The notes under the pieces are model-generated. The model was given only the letters and a program-made list of their open reading frames with translations, made no database searches and was not told where the DNA came from. From NCBI RefSeq assembly GCF_009914755.1, contig NC_060942.1: a DNA stretch of 64,000 bases. One strand, written 5' to 3'. This document shows positions 41,161 to 55,198 of this stretch, piece by piece (position 1 is the first letter of the stretch; every line of letters begins with the position of its first letter). Position numbers and translations under genes: made by a program. Source of the DNA: the human T2T-CHM13v2.0 reference genome, Homo sapiens.

Positions 41161-44100
41161 TCGATACCTTTGGTTTACGTGCAAAACATGATGCCCAACT
41201 CAACTTAGGTTTTGTACTGCATTAGCTAATGTAATAGAACTTCTAAACATACCCAGGTCAATCAGCTTAACCTCCACATTTCAAATACACTTTGATTTGA
41301 GACCTCACCCAAGACATTCACAAAGTGCTGAATGACAAGGTAATTGTTGAATTTCAACCTTAATATATTTAAATGAACCATCGTCCCCATTCCAACACTT
41401 CTGATAAGCTCTTATGAAAATCACGGGCTTGACCTGACAGTTGATTCCATTACTGCAGTAGTGGCAAGTTCATATCAGAGAAACAGGAAATAATGCAGGT
41501 TGGAATCATTCACTCAAATATGACATGAATTAAAGGAATACAATATAGATGGAGTCCAAGAAGAAATCTTACAGTTAGAAGTAGTTGAAGGGCTTTAAAT
41601 TGGGGTCAACAGGACAAGTTGTAAATCTCATTTGTAAGAAATCTGCAACAGGCCTCACAGGCTATTCTATGACCCATAGTAGATTCTGCAACCTCCGTGA
41701 ATATTGAGCCCCACTATTGTTCTGCTACGCTCAGTTTTGCTGTCCAGAAATTGGGTTTCATTGGATTTGCTAGGGCTTTTCTTGCCTTCTTTTCCATGGA
41801 GATTGATGCTGACATGCATCAGATGATGGTAACACTCCACCCTGCAGCATTTGGGGTCACAGCATTTGTAGGGTAAGTAAAACTATTCCCATCATTTTAT
41901 ATGTTGTCTGAAATATAAGCTGGATTAGTTGGTAGGAAAGGTTTTGGGTATTGTTTTAGCAGCACAATGTAATTGAGGAATGGATAAGAACCATCTGAGA
42001 ATTTACTGGTCTTTTCCTATTGATTCTGTTACTTGTGATTCTACAATTTAAAAAAACCTTAGAAAGAGTAATAGTAAGAAATCTTAAAAATATCTCTTCT
42101 TTATCTCCCAACATATCATTAAGCTTTGGATTCACAGAAGCAAAATGGCCTTAGATGATGAAGATATAGATTATGGACTGAGGGCTACATAATTAAACGT
42201 GTAAGATATCAAGGTAAAGTACCAGAACACATAAAGAGGATAATTTCTTCAGTCAGCAAATGGGCAATAACAGGAAAAGAATTTTTGTCTTGGGATAGTG
42301 AGCAGTTGTATAAACATATGATGCAAAGGCTTTTTCAAATAGACATAACATTGCCATATGTTCAATCCGAGAACTGTGGAGGGACTTGGGAAAATCAGAA
42401 TGATTTAAGATCTCCTATACACATCTCTGCCACCACTTGGTTAGCTGAGCCCAAGCAGCTAAAAGTAAGGAGTGTAGTTAAATAGGGACATGTTGAGAAG
42501 CCATAGTGTGCCCCAGAGATTGTTGTGTTGAGATAAAGAAAGCCATCAAACATCACCGACAAACTGCTGCTTCCCTTAAGATATGGTAGAGTGTGGTGCT
42601 CTTCCTCTGGTCGTCCCACTCTCCAGTGCTCATGGACAGCCTCCCTCCAGATTCAGGCAGGAGATGCTTAACATGGTAAAAGAGATTTAGACCATGGGGA
42701 GCGTATGGATTTGCCCTTCCTCAGTACTTAGCTATGAGAAAGAGACAATGCTGCCAGGGTGTAAAAAGACCACTAAAGTAAACAGATTCCTCTACATAAA
42801 GGGAAGGCAGCCTACAAAGCAGGCACAATGGAAACAACAGCACCTCAATGCCAAGTGCAGGTTGTGTCTGCACAATATCAAATAAACCAATCAAAGGGTG
42901 AGAAAAATTAACACAAACTAATGTTTTGTCTACATAACCTAGCTTGTTTGCTTTCTTCTTATGACTGGAGTGAACGATTGTTTTTTATAGTATGTAGACA
43001 CAGCCACCGTGTAAAAAATTGGCACCTGAAGATGAGCTGTTGAATGCTGGTGGTGTAGACTATTGCTCTCCATTTTACAGATTGAGTGGGGCAAATGAGA
43101 TTGATGGGGGAAGCAAATCATATTACCAGCAGTGTAGATTGCAATGGCCAATCTGCTCCACTGAGGTGGCTTCATTAATCTTGTGATGATTCAATCAATC
43201 AGAAAGATGACCAGCAATGATCTTTCTGAAAGCTGTTTTCTCCCATTTAGAGGATCAGATCCATTCATACACACATACTTTTATTGTCTAATTTTTTAAT
43301 AAAGGGTATATACAAATGACTTTTCCTAGCCAGAATTAATCAGATTGTCCTTAGAACTTGAATTTACCTGGTCATTACTTAAATGTTCACTTCAATTTGC
43401 TTCTATTGAATCTACAGTCTTTTCTCAAAAATAAAAACAAAACCCATATCATGTAAAACTACCCAACCATAAGAACATAAATAATACTCAAGTGAGTCAA
43501 ACCAAGCTGCTCAAAATTATGTCCCTGCAATACGCATTTACACATGCATGCATTTTCTTATTTATTTTTCACTCTGCATGGCACTTAGTGGATTCCCCAC
43601 TCGAAGTCTTTCTTCAGTTACAGAAATGCTCTGAATTATTTCCTTCTATATTAATTCCCCTCTACTCCCCCAATTTTACTTTTCCTGTAAGTCCTACTTG
43701 ATGAATTGTGAAACCCCCAGATCTCCCCTTCGAATCTCTGAAACACCTCCCCTCACTTAAACTCACTGTTTCATTCATCAGGTATATCCAGTATGCTACT
43801 CAACCCACCATGAATTTTTTATTTCAACAATTACGTTTTTCATTTCTAAGAAGTTGTAGACTGCCAGATCTTGTTTCTTGAGTACTGCTTGTATTTAATA
43901 ATCATGTTTACAAAAACCTCTTTTATCTCTGTGGTGATATTATATATTCTTAAAATCATTTTTGGATTGCTTCTATCAGTTGTCATTCCTGGGGTATAAA
44001 TTTTTTTCTATTTGTTGTATCGGTGGTCTCTCTTTCATTGCATTAGCCATCCTCATATATTAGTTAATTCTTGGTTGTTCACTGTTTTAGTTTAGGTTCC

Positions 44101-45160
44101 TTCAAGATAGAGCCTGCGAGAGTGGTCGTAAGTAGCTTATTTGAAAGGAATTCTAAGAAACACAAGCAAAAGAGCAATGAGCGTAAGACACAGAATCAGG
44201 AAAAGCCCATTTAAGGCAGCATTTGGAGGTTTCTCAGTTCCCCCAGGACCTGAGAAGCATGAAGAATGCCTTCCAGAACTGTTTGCTAAAGAGTTCCAAT
44301 CCCGCCATGAGTTGAGGGTTGCCCCTGGGAATGCTGACTCCCTCACACTTTTAACTGTGATTGCCTATGGGCCAAAGGGATCCCTCTGCTTTGGAGACAG
44401 TCCTGAGGCATAAAATAGAAAAGACCTGTATTTCAGGTAGGACCTGGTTGGTGTCTATCCAGATATGCATGAAAACTGTACAAGGCTGTGCAGCTGAAAT
44501 TAGAGGTGGCCAAAAGAATCTTCTGCTTGTTCACATGTGGAAGATTTCTCCATCATGTGTTCTATGTTGCGATAGTTCCTGATACAGTGACCTTTCTGCA
44601 AGTGTGGCCTTTGGGCAATGACATCAGCCCCAGTCTTTTAGCAGAAGCATCCAATTTGGCCTGGCAGTGAGGGCTGCCCATCTAAAGCCGTCTTTTTGGA
44701 GTGCCTCTTTTATTCCAGTCTCATTCTTGTTTTTAGGAATAACTGAATATTTTTTAATGCTGTCTATGATATCTTGCAGATGAGAAAGATTTTCACCTAT
44801 GCTCAGCTGTCTGCCTAATGTGTAAATTAATCTGTTCTATTATGTCTTTAAACATCATGTCCGAGATCAAAGAGATTCTCTTATTTTCCAGCAAACTTGG
44901 ATTACAAGAACACCCTACGTTTGTAACATTCATCTCCACCTGGTTTCACAAACATTGACTTCCTCTCTGCTATCATCTTACTTGAGTTCAAAATGTTAAT
45001 TAATAGAGATGATCCACTGATCCTCTGAAAAAGTCTCACAAGGACAGCTCAAGTTAGTCCATTTAAAGCATTCCAAACCCCAAATCCTAAAATACTTTAT
45101 CTATTAAATGTTTGATACCAGTGCTCTTTGTTCGCTACCTGAGATTGCTTTGCATTATTA

Positions 45161-45549
45161 TGTTATATTTGTTTGCTAAGGCTGCCATAACAAGGTACCG
45201 CAGACTGAAAGGCTTAAACACAGCTGTTTACTTTGTCACAGTTTGGAGGCTAGAAGTCCATGGCAATGTATTGACAGAGTTGATTTCTTCTGAGGCCTCT
45301 CTCCTTGGCTCACAGATGGCTGTCTTCTCCCTGTGTCTTCATATGATCTTCTCCCTGGACTAATCTGCGTCCAAATCTCCTCTTCTTAGAAGGACTCCAG
45401 TGCTACTGAGTTAGGGCCCACCTTAATGACCTCATTTTTAACTTAATTACCCCTTTAAAGACTATCTCCAAATCCAATCTCATTCTGAGGTTTTGGGGGT
45501 TAGGATTTCAATATATGAATTTTAGGAGGACAAAATTCAGCCCATAACA
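45161..45549 (-). mobile_element. MaLR solo LTR (MLT1B-like)
   Basis: ggctgccataacaa...ggaggctagaagtcca...caattcagcccataaca-like end; ~390 bp. Confidence 0.85.
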
Positions 45550-45879
45550 CAAACCTATTAAGAATTCTCCAGATTTTACTTCAACATTGTTCAAATGCAA
45601 TGAAACATTATTCCAATCCCCATTTCACTTCCAATAGAAGGACTTATGTACCATTGCCAAAGACTTTTAAACTATGGTATTATTTTCTTCCACTTTTGCT
45701 AGAAAAACATATCTCCTAATAATTCCATGGAGTGTGCAGGAAGGAACACAGGCACATATAATAAGCTAAAAAGATAAAGATTTAGGTCGAATCTAAATAC
45801 ACCAAAGCATCTCTAATATGGGATAATATTCTACAACTTATGTGAGAGGATGAAACTAAGTTTTAAAATAGTTTTAAAT

Positions 45880-46970
45880 TTATTTTTTAAAATAATATGT
45901 AAATCTTGTTAAAAAAAATTAATTGAAGAGTTCAAAGGGATAGAGAGAGTAAAGAATGTCTTCTCCCACCTCAACCCTCAGTTCCCAGCTGTCCTTCCCA
46001 GAGGCAACCACTATTATCTGTTTCTTAATTATCACTCCAGAGATATTGTATGGAACTGCAAACAAATATATTAATACATCCTTTTTGCTTTATACAGTTG
46101 GAGTATACTTTATACACATTTGGCATTGTGCCTTTTCCACTTTACAATCCTCAAGATTACTCCATATCACAGAAAGAAGCTATACCTAATTATTTTCAAA
46201 GGCTGCATGTTATTCTGCTGTATGGATATACAAATAGTTTTTAGCCATACCCTTCTGATGCACATTTAGATTATTCCAGCCTTTTGCTAGCATAAATAAT
46301 GCTGTAAAATAGCCTTCTTTATACAACTTTGCACAGATGTGTAAGTACACTTGAAGGATAAATTTCCACCAGTGAAACTGCAAGTTCAAATGTTACCTGT
46401 ATTCTTAATTTTGAAATATGTTGAGAAATTTCCCTTCAAAGAGTTCACATGTATTTGGAATCCTACCAACTATGTATGTGAGCACTTGCTTCCAACATTC
46501 TGTTAATACAAACTTTTGGAAATTTGTCAGTTTCATGAGCAAAAAGTAGCATATCATTATGTTTCTAATTTGCATTTCCCTAATTATAGGTGAAGTTGAG
46601 CATCTTTTCCTAACTTAAAAACACTGGGGCAAGGTGCAGTGGCTCATGCCTGTAATTCCAGCACTTGGGGAAGCTGAGGCGGGTGAATCTCCTGAACTCA
46701 GGAGGAGACCAGCCTGGGGCAACATGGTGAAATCCTGTCTCTACCAAAAATACAAAAAAATTAGCCGCACTTGGTCCCAGCTACTCAGCAGGCTGAGGTG
46801 AGAGGATCATTTGAGCCTGGGAGGCAGAGGTTGCAGTGAGCCAAGATCACGCTACTGCACTCCAACCTGGGTGACTGAGTGAGACCCCATCTCAAAAAAC
46901 AAACAAAAAACCCCCAAAATTGGTATTTCTTTTTTTATAATCTTTGTCCATTTATTGTTATTCTTTTCTT
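45880..46970 (-). mobile_element. Ancient L1ME-type 3' fragment
   Basis: cccagaggcaaccact; ttttgcta..ataaataatgctg; aatttgcatttccctaattat..gtgaagttgagcatctttt. Confidence 0.75.
46627..46912 (+). mobile_element. Alu (J/early S) with internal deletions
   Basis: gtggctcatgcctgtaattccagcac...gcactccaacctgggtgac. Confidence 0.9.
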
Positions 46971-47149
46971 AATAAAAAATAGATTTTAAACAACTGTAGG
47001 GTCGTATTTATTATTTCTAGAACAAGTGTCAGATGAATAATGTAGGTTTCCGGGTCTGCTTAGGTCTGCTAAGTCTGCCTTGATAAATAAATAGCAGGGA
47101 ATATGGATCCACCACTAGATAAGGAGTCTCCATACTACTACTATTGAAA

Positions 47150-48650
47150 AAATCCTAATCATCTGAATAAATGGAGAGAGATACATATTCATTGATGAAA
47201 TGACTTAACAGTAAAAGATGTCAGTCCTCCCTAATCTCCACATGCAATGCAATTCCAATAAAAATTCTAAGCAGAATTAGTTTTAAAGGAATTCTATGAA
47301 TTCATCCTGCAATGTTGTGGAAGAATACAAGTGTACAAATAGCCAAGTCAATTTTGAAAAAGAGGAGCAAAGAAAAAGAATCATGTTCTATCATAGAGCA
47401 ATGTATCCAAAAAGCTTTAGTAAGAAAAACAATATGGCAATTAAAAAACCTTCAAGAGAACATAAAAGATCTCAGAAAAATAGGAAAGTGGCATACTGCT
47501 TAGAAAATGATATAGGGGAAACTCTATGGAGAAAAACAGTATTGAATTTCTATATACACCATATTAAAAGTGGATGCCAGATGGAATAAAGACCTAAATA
47601 AGAAAGGTAAAATAAAAATGGAAATACTTTGATACTGCTGTTGAGATTATAAATTAGTACAGTAAAATCAGTAAATTAATATAGCCGCTATGGAAAACAG
47701 CATAGGGATATTTAAAAAAGAAAACAAAAATAGAATTACCATATGATCCAGCAATCCCACTCTTGAATATTTACCCAAAAGATTTGAAATCGGTTTGTTG
47801 AAGAGATGTCTGAACTCCCATGTTTATTGCAGCACTATTCATACAGTAGCCAAGATATGGAATCAACCTAAGTTTCCAACAATGGATGAATGAATTTTTA
47901 AAATGTGGTATTTATACACAATGGAATATCATTCAGCCTTACAAAAGGAAAGAAGTTCTGTCATCTGTGACAACATGAATGGAATTGGAGAACATTATGC
48001 TAAGTGAAATGTCAGGCTCAGAATAACAAATATTGCATGTTCACACTTACATGTGGAATCTAAAACAATTGAATTCCTAGGAGCGAAGAGCAGAATGGTA
48101 ATGATAGTCAAGGGAGTGGAGGGATGGGGAGAGGATGGTCAAAAGGCAAAAAATCTCAAACAGAAGGAATGTTTTTTTCTTTTTTGAGTTTTATCACACA
48201 CTGTGGTGAATATTTGAGGCGATGGATATATTAACTAGCTTGATTTAATTATTCCACATTATATTCCTAAATTATGCCATCATTTATTTCTCCATAAATT
48301 TACGTAATTATAAGGGTTTTATCAATTTACAATTTTTAAATCCTCTAGAATTAAAAATAAATAAGGCCAATAGAATAACATGTTCAGGGCATGCTTGAAA
48401 CTTTCTAAAATACATACCTAAATAAAAAACGTGTCTAGCTGTCTATAAAATAAAGGGCATTATAGGCAAACTTAATGGACAGATCGTGGTTTTGGGGAAC
48501 ATATTTGCAACTTCTAAAATGGAACCAGGATTGATATTTATTAAGAGACTACCTACAAACTCCCGGAAATTAATGAGAAAAGGTAGAAAACACAGTAGAA
48601 AATGAAGTGGAGGACAATTATTATGCAGTTCACAGCAGGGAAAACCTACA
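47150..48650 (+). mobile_element. Old L1 ORF2 fragment with nested L1MA-type 3' end (~47670-48340)
   Basis: aatagccaagtcaattttgaaaaag; accatatgatccagcaatcccact; gatggatatattaactagcttgatttaat. Confidence 0.75.
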
Positions 48651-48755
48651 TGGCTATCGAGTTGTTGTAGGTCAGGTTTCCTGGAAGGGAGACTGGGCAA
48701 TGAAAATTATAATGAAGGAAGTTTGTTAAGAAGTGCTTTCAGGATCAACACCTAT

Positions 48756-49206
48756 TGCTATGGTTTGGATGTGTTTTGTTTGTCCTCACCAAATGTCATG
48801 TTGAAATTTAACCTGCAGTGTGGTGGTGTTGGGAGGTGGGGCCTAGCGAGAGGTGTTTGGGTCATGAGGGTGCATCTCTTATGAATGGCTCAGTGCCATT
48901 CTTGCAGTTGTGAGTGAATTTTCGCTCTCATGAGATTGGATTGGTTCTGGGGAATAGATTAGTTTCTGTTAGAGTGGTTTGTTATAAAGCCAAGACGCCC
49001 CTCAGGTTTGGCTCCTGTTTGGATAGGACTACTTCCCCTTTGACCTTCAACATGTTTTGCCTCAGCTTTTGTGCCAGAAGTCGAGCAGATGCCAGCATCG
49101 TGCTTCTTGTAAAGCCTCCAGAACCATGAGCTAAATAAACCTCTTTTCTTTGTAAATGATCCAGCCTCAGGTATTCCTTTATAGCAACACAAAATAGACT
49201 AAGACA
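48756..49206 (+). mobile_element. MaLR solo LTR (MSTB-like)
   Basis: tgctatggtttggatgtg...atagcaacacaaaatagactaagaca. TSD cctat/ccttt. Confidence 0.9.
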
Positions 49207-49306
49207 CCTTTGGAAGAAGAAAAGGAAGAAGGTATGGGCCAAGGGAGAAGTTGGTCTGTGATGCAGTCTCAACAAAGGATCTAAGGGGAGCTCCAATTTG
49301 GAATAG

Positions 49307-49876
49307 TGTGGCAGATTCTATTTTCCTAAAACACCTGCCATAACATCTTCTATACTACATGCTGTTCTTACAATGTGACTGTGACACTCCTCCTATAAAA
49401 AAGGAAGGTCTATATCTACTTTCCTTAGAACAGGATAAGTTTTCTTGATTACTTCAACCAACAGAAAATAACAAAAGCAATGCTATGTGGCTTTAAAGGC
49501 CATAGAGCCTCTGAGTTGTTTGCTTATTCTTGAAGTATTCTGCTGTCATAGAAGCAATCTGACTGGCCTGAGACCACCATGCTATGAGAAAGACCAAACT
49601 AGCTCATATGGAAATACCAGACTAGCACATGGCAAGGCCCTGAGATTACATAAAGAGAGAGATGCCTAGCCAACCTTCAGCTGATTTGGCTCTCTGTTAC
49701 TTTAGCTCTAACCATTATTTGGCAGAAACCACATGAGAAACCCTAAGCCACAACTTCTTAGCTGATTTCTTTCCAAATTACTGACTCACATAAACCTTGC
49801 AAAATAATAAAATGATTCTTGTTAAGTCACTAAGTTTCTGGGTGATTTAATATGCATCAATAGATCACTGAAACAC
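49307..49876 (+). mobile_element. MaLR solo LTR (MLT1G/H-like)
   Basis: tgtggcagatt...ctgagaccaccatgctatgagaaag...aagtcactaagtttctgggtgatt...caatagatcactgaaaca. Confidence 0.8.
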
Positions 49877-51329
49877 ATGGCTCTTCAGAATTTGGGCAAA
49901 AGATCTCTATTTTATGTGCCTACATCTACCCATCATTGAATAAGGACTGATCTGAAATTCAGGAGTGACGTTGGGCAAGGTGGCTTTCTTCAACCTAGGG
50001 CAATTCTCAAAAAGTGTTGATATCTGAGGACTGTCAATCAGCAAAATTCCCAGAAACTTAGGGTGTTTCAGTGTTGAGGCAGGATCTGGATGGCATATCA
50101 CAGCCTCCATCACAGTCCACCACTTGTACCACTTAGATCACTTCTTTTTACAAGTTCTGCGAGCACTTCAAGATGCTAGCGGGCCTCTTTCCTGTGAGAA
50201 ACTTAGATGAGGAAGGTAAGTGGCATGACCCACAGCCTCTGCTGCTGCAGTTTGTCTTAAGGCCCCAGCTGATTTTCATCCCTCTCCTTCTTTATCATTT
50301 ATTCTAGACTCCCCACACCTTCAGTTAGCACATCTCCTGGTCTAAGTGACTTATCTGATGGGGTGACCCAGATCCTCATCACTGAAGAGTCCAACTCTTG
50401 GTCACCAAGGTTTTCTGTGGCAGCTATAATTATCCATTTAAATCAAAGTTGGGCAAGGGAATACTAAGACACCAAAGTGGAACTTATGGGTGATAAATAC
50501 ATTTTTCCTCACTGTATTCTGTAGAAGAAGCCCTAACTCCTCCTGAATCACAGTCAGTTGGTCTAATGTGACTTTATGTGGGATGCCATGTTGGTGAATA
50601 GAACATTCTGTAAATCCTCAGATAGTGGTGCTGGCAAAGGCTATGAGAGAAGAAAAGAATATCTGTCTATTCCAGTGAAAAATAATTGATGTCCCTCTCA
50701 AGGTGAATGGTTTCAAGATACTCAAACTGCCATCAAATTGTTCTTCAAGAGATAGTGTCAAATTGGGGTGTGGGTTCAGGGTTGCTTTCTGTTGATGGCA
50801 GCTCAAACTTTCAGCAGTGACAGTAGCTAGATAGTAGACAGTAGCTAGATAGGCCATAGTGAGTAGGAACCCATGCATAGCTTCCATCCCTGTCACCATG
50901 GTGATTTTATTCCTGTGTCCACTGTGCCAGACACTTGAATAGCCAATGGCGCATGCTAGTTTATATCACCTGACCAAGTTATTGTGTCAACTTGGCTGTG
51001 CAGTGCTTCTTTCATGGTAGATGTTCTCTGGTAGACATTATCATATTGCAAGATTTTCACATTTCATACTTATTCCCGTACATCAATGCATATGCATCTA
51101 ACCCAGACCATGTTTTTACAGACCTTCCAATCATTCTCTTTCAGGTCCCCAATGAACTGGCCAGGTCATTTTCTATTGCCGTAAGTCCATACATACTTGA
51201 ACCTTGGTCCACTTATTTTCCTACATAAAGAATATGACCAGGTGTACCACCCAAAATGTAGCCTATTTGTAGTATTTCCCCTCACTACTACATTTGAAGG
51301 CCATCTGTGGTTGGGCTGTGTTGCAGCTT

Positions 51330-51858
51330 CTGTTCTTGTTATCTATGGATACATAACCCAAAATTCAGTGGCTTTAAACACAACATTTATTTTTCTCACA
51401 TATCTCAAATTTGGACAGGACTTTGTGGGAACAGCTTGCCTTGCTCCATGTAACAGGTGGGGCAGCTGACAGCTGAGTCTGGACTCATGAGAAGGCTTGC
51501 TTACCCACATGTCTGCAGTTGATGCTGGCTCTTCACTGGGATCTCAGTGGCTGCTGTGGCTGAAAGACCTACACACAGCCTTTTAATATGGCTATTTAGC
51601 ATTCACAAAGCATGATGGCTTGGTTCCAAGAGCAAATATCTCAAGAAAAAGAAAGGGCCAAGAGGAAAACATAGCACCTTTTATGACCTAGCCTTGGAAA
51701 TTGCTCAGTGTCACCTCTGTTTTATTGTATTAGCTAGAAGTGAGGGACTAAGGTCAGCCTATATTCAAGGAGAGAAGAATTAGGCTCTATCTTTTGATAG
51801 GGTCAAAAGAATGTCAGAAAATATCAAAAAATTTTCAGGCATTTTTTAAAACTACACT
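51330..51858 (-). mobile_element. MaLR solo LTR (MLT1H-like)
   Basis: cccaaaattcagtggctttaaacac...ccttttatgacctagccttggaa...attttttaaaactacac. Confidence 0.75.
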
Positions 51859-52495
51859 AGCTTAACATAACCAAGTCAACCTATCTGTGAACCGAGCTGG
51901 GCTTTTTTCTTCCTTTGTCAGCTGGTCATGGGAGTCCTCCCATTTGACCATGAATGTGAGCTAAGGGAGATGCACTAGGGTAAGTGTATTGGTGACATGG
52001 CAGTCTGAGTCACCTGCTTGTGCCATTGATTTTTGTCCTCTGGTCCCAATTGGGCTGGATCCCAGATGTACCATTTCCATCTCACAATGGATAGCTGCTA
52101 GGCTTGTCCAACTTTATGCCTTAGAAGGGCTGACAGAATCTATCTTATCATGGGAAGTTCTAGCCAGATGGTCATTCAATTAACCATGGTCAGATACTTC
52201 ATTTCTACCAGGGTCCAGTAGCTGGCCAGGAGGCAATTTTTGAAGGGCATACGATTGTTCACTACAGATGGTATGCCCTTGCTCCAGAACTTCAGGACTC
52301 ATTATAAAATCTACACAGCATCTTTTCCCACCTCAGATACCTCTAATATTACAGGATCTGCTGAGTCATACATTCCTGTTGGCAGGAATGCTAGTCTAGC
52401 ATTCTGGATATGCTACAGAGCTTCTTCCTGTTCTGGGACCCATGCAAAGCTGACAGTTCTTCATATAAATATACTACCATCAAAACCCAAAGAGA

Positions 52496-52772
52496 GGCTG
52501 GGCGCAGTGGCTCATGCCTGTAATCCCAGCACTTTGGGAGGCGGAGGTGAGTAGATCACCTGAGGTCAGGAGTTCAAGACCAGCCTGACCAACATGGCAA
52601 AACCCCATCTCTACTAAAAATACAAAAATTAGCTGGGTGCTGTAATCCCAGCTACTTGGGAGGCTGAGGCAGGAGAATCACTTCAACCCCGGAGGAGGAG
52701 GTTGCAGTGAGCCGGGATCACACCGCTGCACTCCAGCCTGGGCGACTGAGTGAGATCTCAAAAAACAAAACA
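52496..52772 (+). mobile_element. AluS
   Basis: ggctgggcgcagtggctcatgcctgtaatcccagc; short deletion at the start of the right arm. Confidence 0.95.
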
Positions 52773-54231
52773 AAGAGAGATCACTATACTGCTTCTTTCT
52801 TTGTGGTGGGAAGTATGAGATGCAATACTTTGTCGTTGTTCCAACTACTTTGTGATAGAAAGTTTTGGTATGCTCCAAGCCACTGAATTCCTAAAATATT
52901 ACTAATATGGTTAGTCCCTAAATCCTTAAGTGCTCATCTCATACTCTGTTAAGCACATGTGTCTCACCAAGGCTTCCAACACCCTTACTACTTCTTGCTA
53001 CATTTAATCAAGTTAGCAAAATATCATTGATGTAGTGGAAAAGTGTGTTGTTCTTCAGGATGTCTAGACATTCCGAGTCTCTTCAGACTATATTATGACA
53101 GAGCTGAACTGTTCATATTTGTCATTTATAGACTGTAAATGAGTACTATTTTCTGTTCCAAGTGAATGCAAACTGTTTCTGATCCTCTTTTTTGAATGAA
53201 GTGGAAAGAATGCACCACCAGATCAAAGGCCACATCCTGCATTCCTGAGGTCGTATTACTGTGCTGTAGAACAGATACCACATATGGCACTGTAGAGGCA
53301 ATTGGGCTATACTTGGTTGCATTTGAAGTAGTCTCACGTCATCCTTCAGATTTCATCTGGCTTTTATAGGTGCCAGACTTGTGAACTAAATGGAGATTAT
53401 GCTAGAGACCACTTCTGAATTATTTATGTCCTTGAGGGAGACACTATCTTCTTTTCCCTTACCTCCCAGGGTCAAAATTTTTCTGTAATTGCTATGCTCG
53501 TGAGGTGGGCACAGTTTCAGAGCTTGGCTTATTTGACTATGACAGCTCTTACCTCACAGAAAAAGAAATTAATATGGGATTCTGCAAGCTCCCAGTGATG
53601 TCCATTCCAAGGAAGTGACCACAGAGTGGGTTTGTGGAACCATTGGACCTTCTATGAGCCCACCCTGGGCCAGAACTTCATGTATTACTTAGCTCCCATA
53701 TGCCCATGCAACAATGGGGCTATGATGACTCTTCAGATGCCTTTAAGGAAGCACTAGGGCAATCAGTACCATATATACTGCGACAGTGCTGCAGGTTTCT
53801 GCCTTCTGGAAAACTAGCCCCTTCTCCAGTTCAGTGGATTTCAGGTTAGGAAACTGGCTTAGGTTCACAAACTGGACAAAAAGATTTTTTTTTTTTTTTT
53901 TTTTTTTTTGGTGAGGGGAGGCAACTGTGTTTAGTCTCCTAATCAACCATCCTTAGTTTCTTTAGCCTGCATCGATTGAGCAGCACCCTTGTTGGCTTTT
54001 CATCTAGCTTGTTCTTAAGGATGGTGTGTTTATTAATCATTTCCATGGTTCTCTATAGAACGTGGTTCTCTGGCTGCCACTCAGATCTGCCACTCATTGC
54101 GATAATCATATCTGACTTGCTTCTGATGGTTAAATGCAACCACCTCAGTGTCTCTGACTCAGGCATCTCATGTCTTTTTTATTTTGAGATCCTAACATCT
54201 TTGTTAGTAGTAGTAAGTCCAGTTCTATAGT

Positions 54232-54733
54232 CTTGCTCCGGTTGTCTGTCTGTGCATAGTGTCATAAAACAACAATCATTTTATTATGTCTCATGATATT
54301 GTGGTTTAAGAATTTGGGCAGGGCTCATCTGGACAATTCTTCTGTTCCAGTTGGCATCAACTGGGGTCACTCTGTGTCACTCAACTGGCTGCTATAGATG
54401 TCTAGGGTGTCCTAGATGGCACAGGCCTCTCATGACAACAAGGATAAACAGGTCCTTTCCTTCTTTGTATTGTCTCAGGGGGTTATCTCTCTCACAAGAT
54501 AGTCAGACTTCTTACATGTTGGCTCAAGTATCCAAGAGCAAATATTCCAAGAGGCCCAGAAAAAATCTGCAAGGTTTTTAAGGACCTAGCTTTAGAAGTT
54601 CCAGAACTTTATTTCTTCTATATTCTAGTGATCAAACAGGTCACTTAGGTCAGTCAAGACACAAAAGAAGGAGAATGAGACTCTATCTCCTAATTAGCAA
54701 AATAATAAAGTATTTGAGGCCAATTTTAATCAC
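54232..54733 (-). mobile_element. MaLR solo LTR (MLT1H/G-like)
   Basis: aagaatttgggcagggctca...gacctagctttagaagttccagaac...ggccaattttaatc. Confidence 0.65.
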
Positions 54734-54781
54734 AAATGATACCTCTTACTGCCAACCATAGATTAGAAAAGAAAGCCACTT

Positions 54782-55198
<417 letters not shown>

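Larger units (their letters stand above)
48664..50114 (-). mobile_element. ERVL 3' LTR (LTR33-like), split by two MaLR LTRs
   Basis: ggtttcctggaagggagact...ggatcaacacct|..ggaagaag...gggagaagttggtctgtgatgcagtc. On the minus strand the start TGTGATGG is preceded by the PPT-like caagtggtggac. Confidence 0.7.

Noticed and set aside
44150-44430. Strong minus-strand acceptor-like tracts
   Set aside because: No convincing paired donor; pseudo-sites are common.
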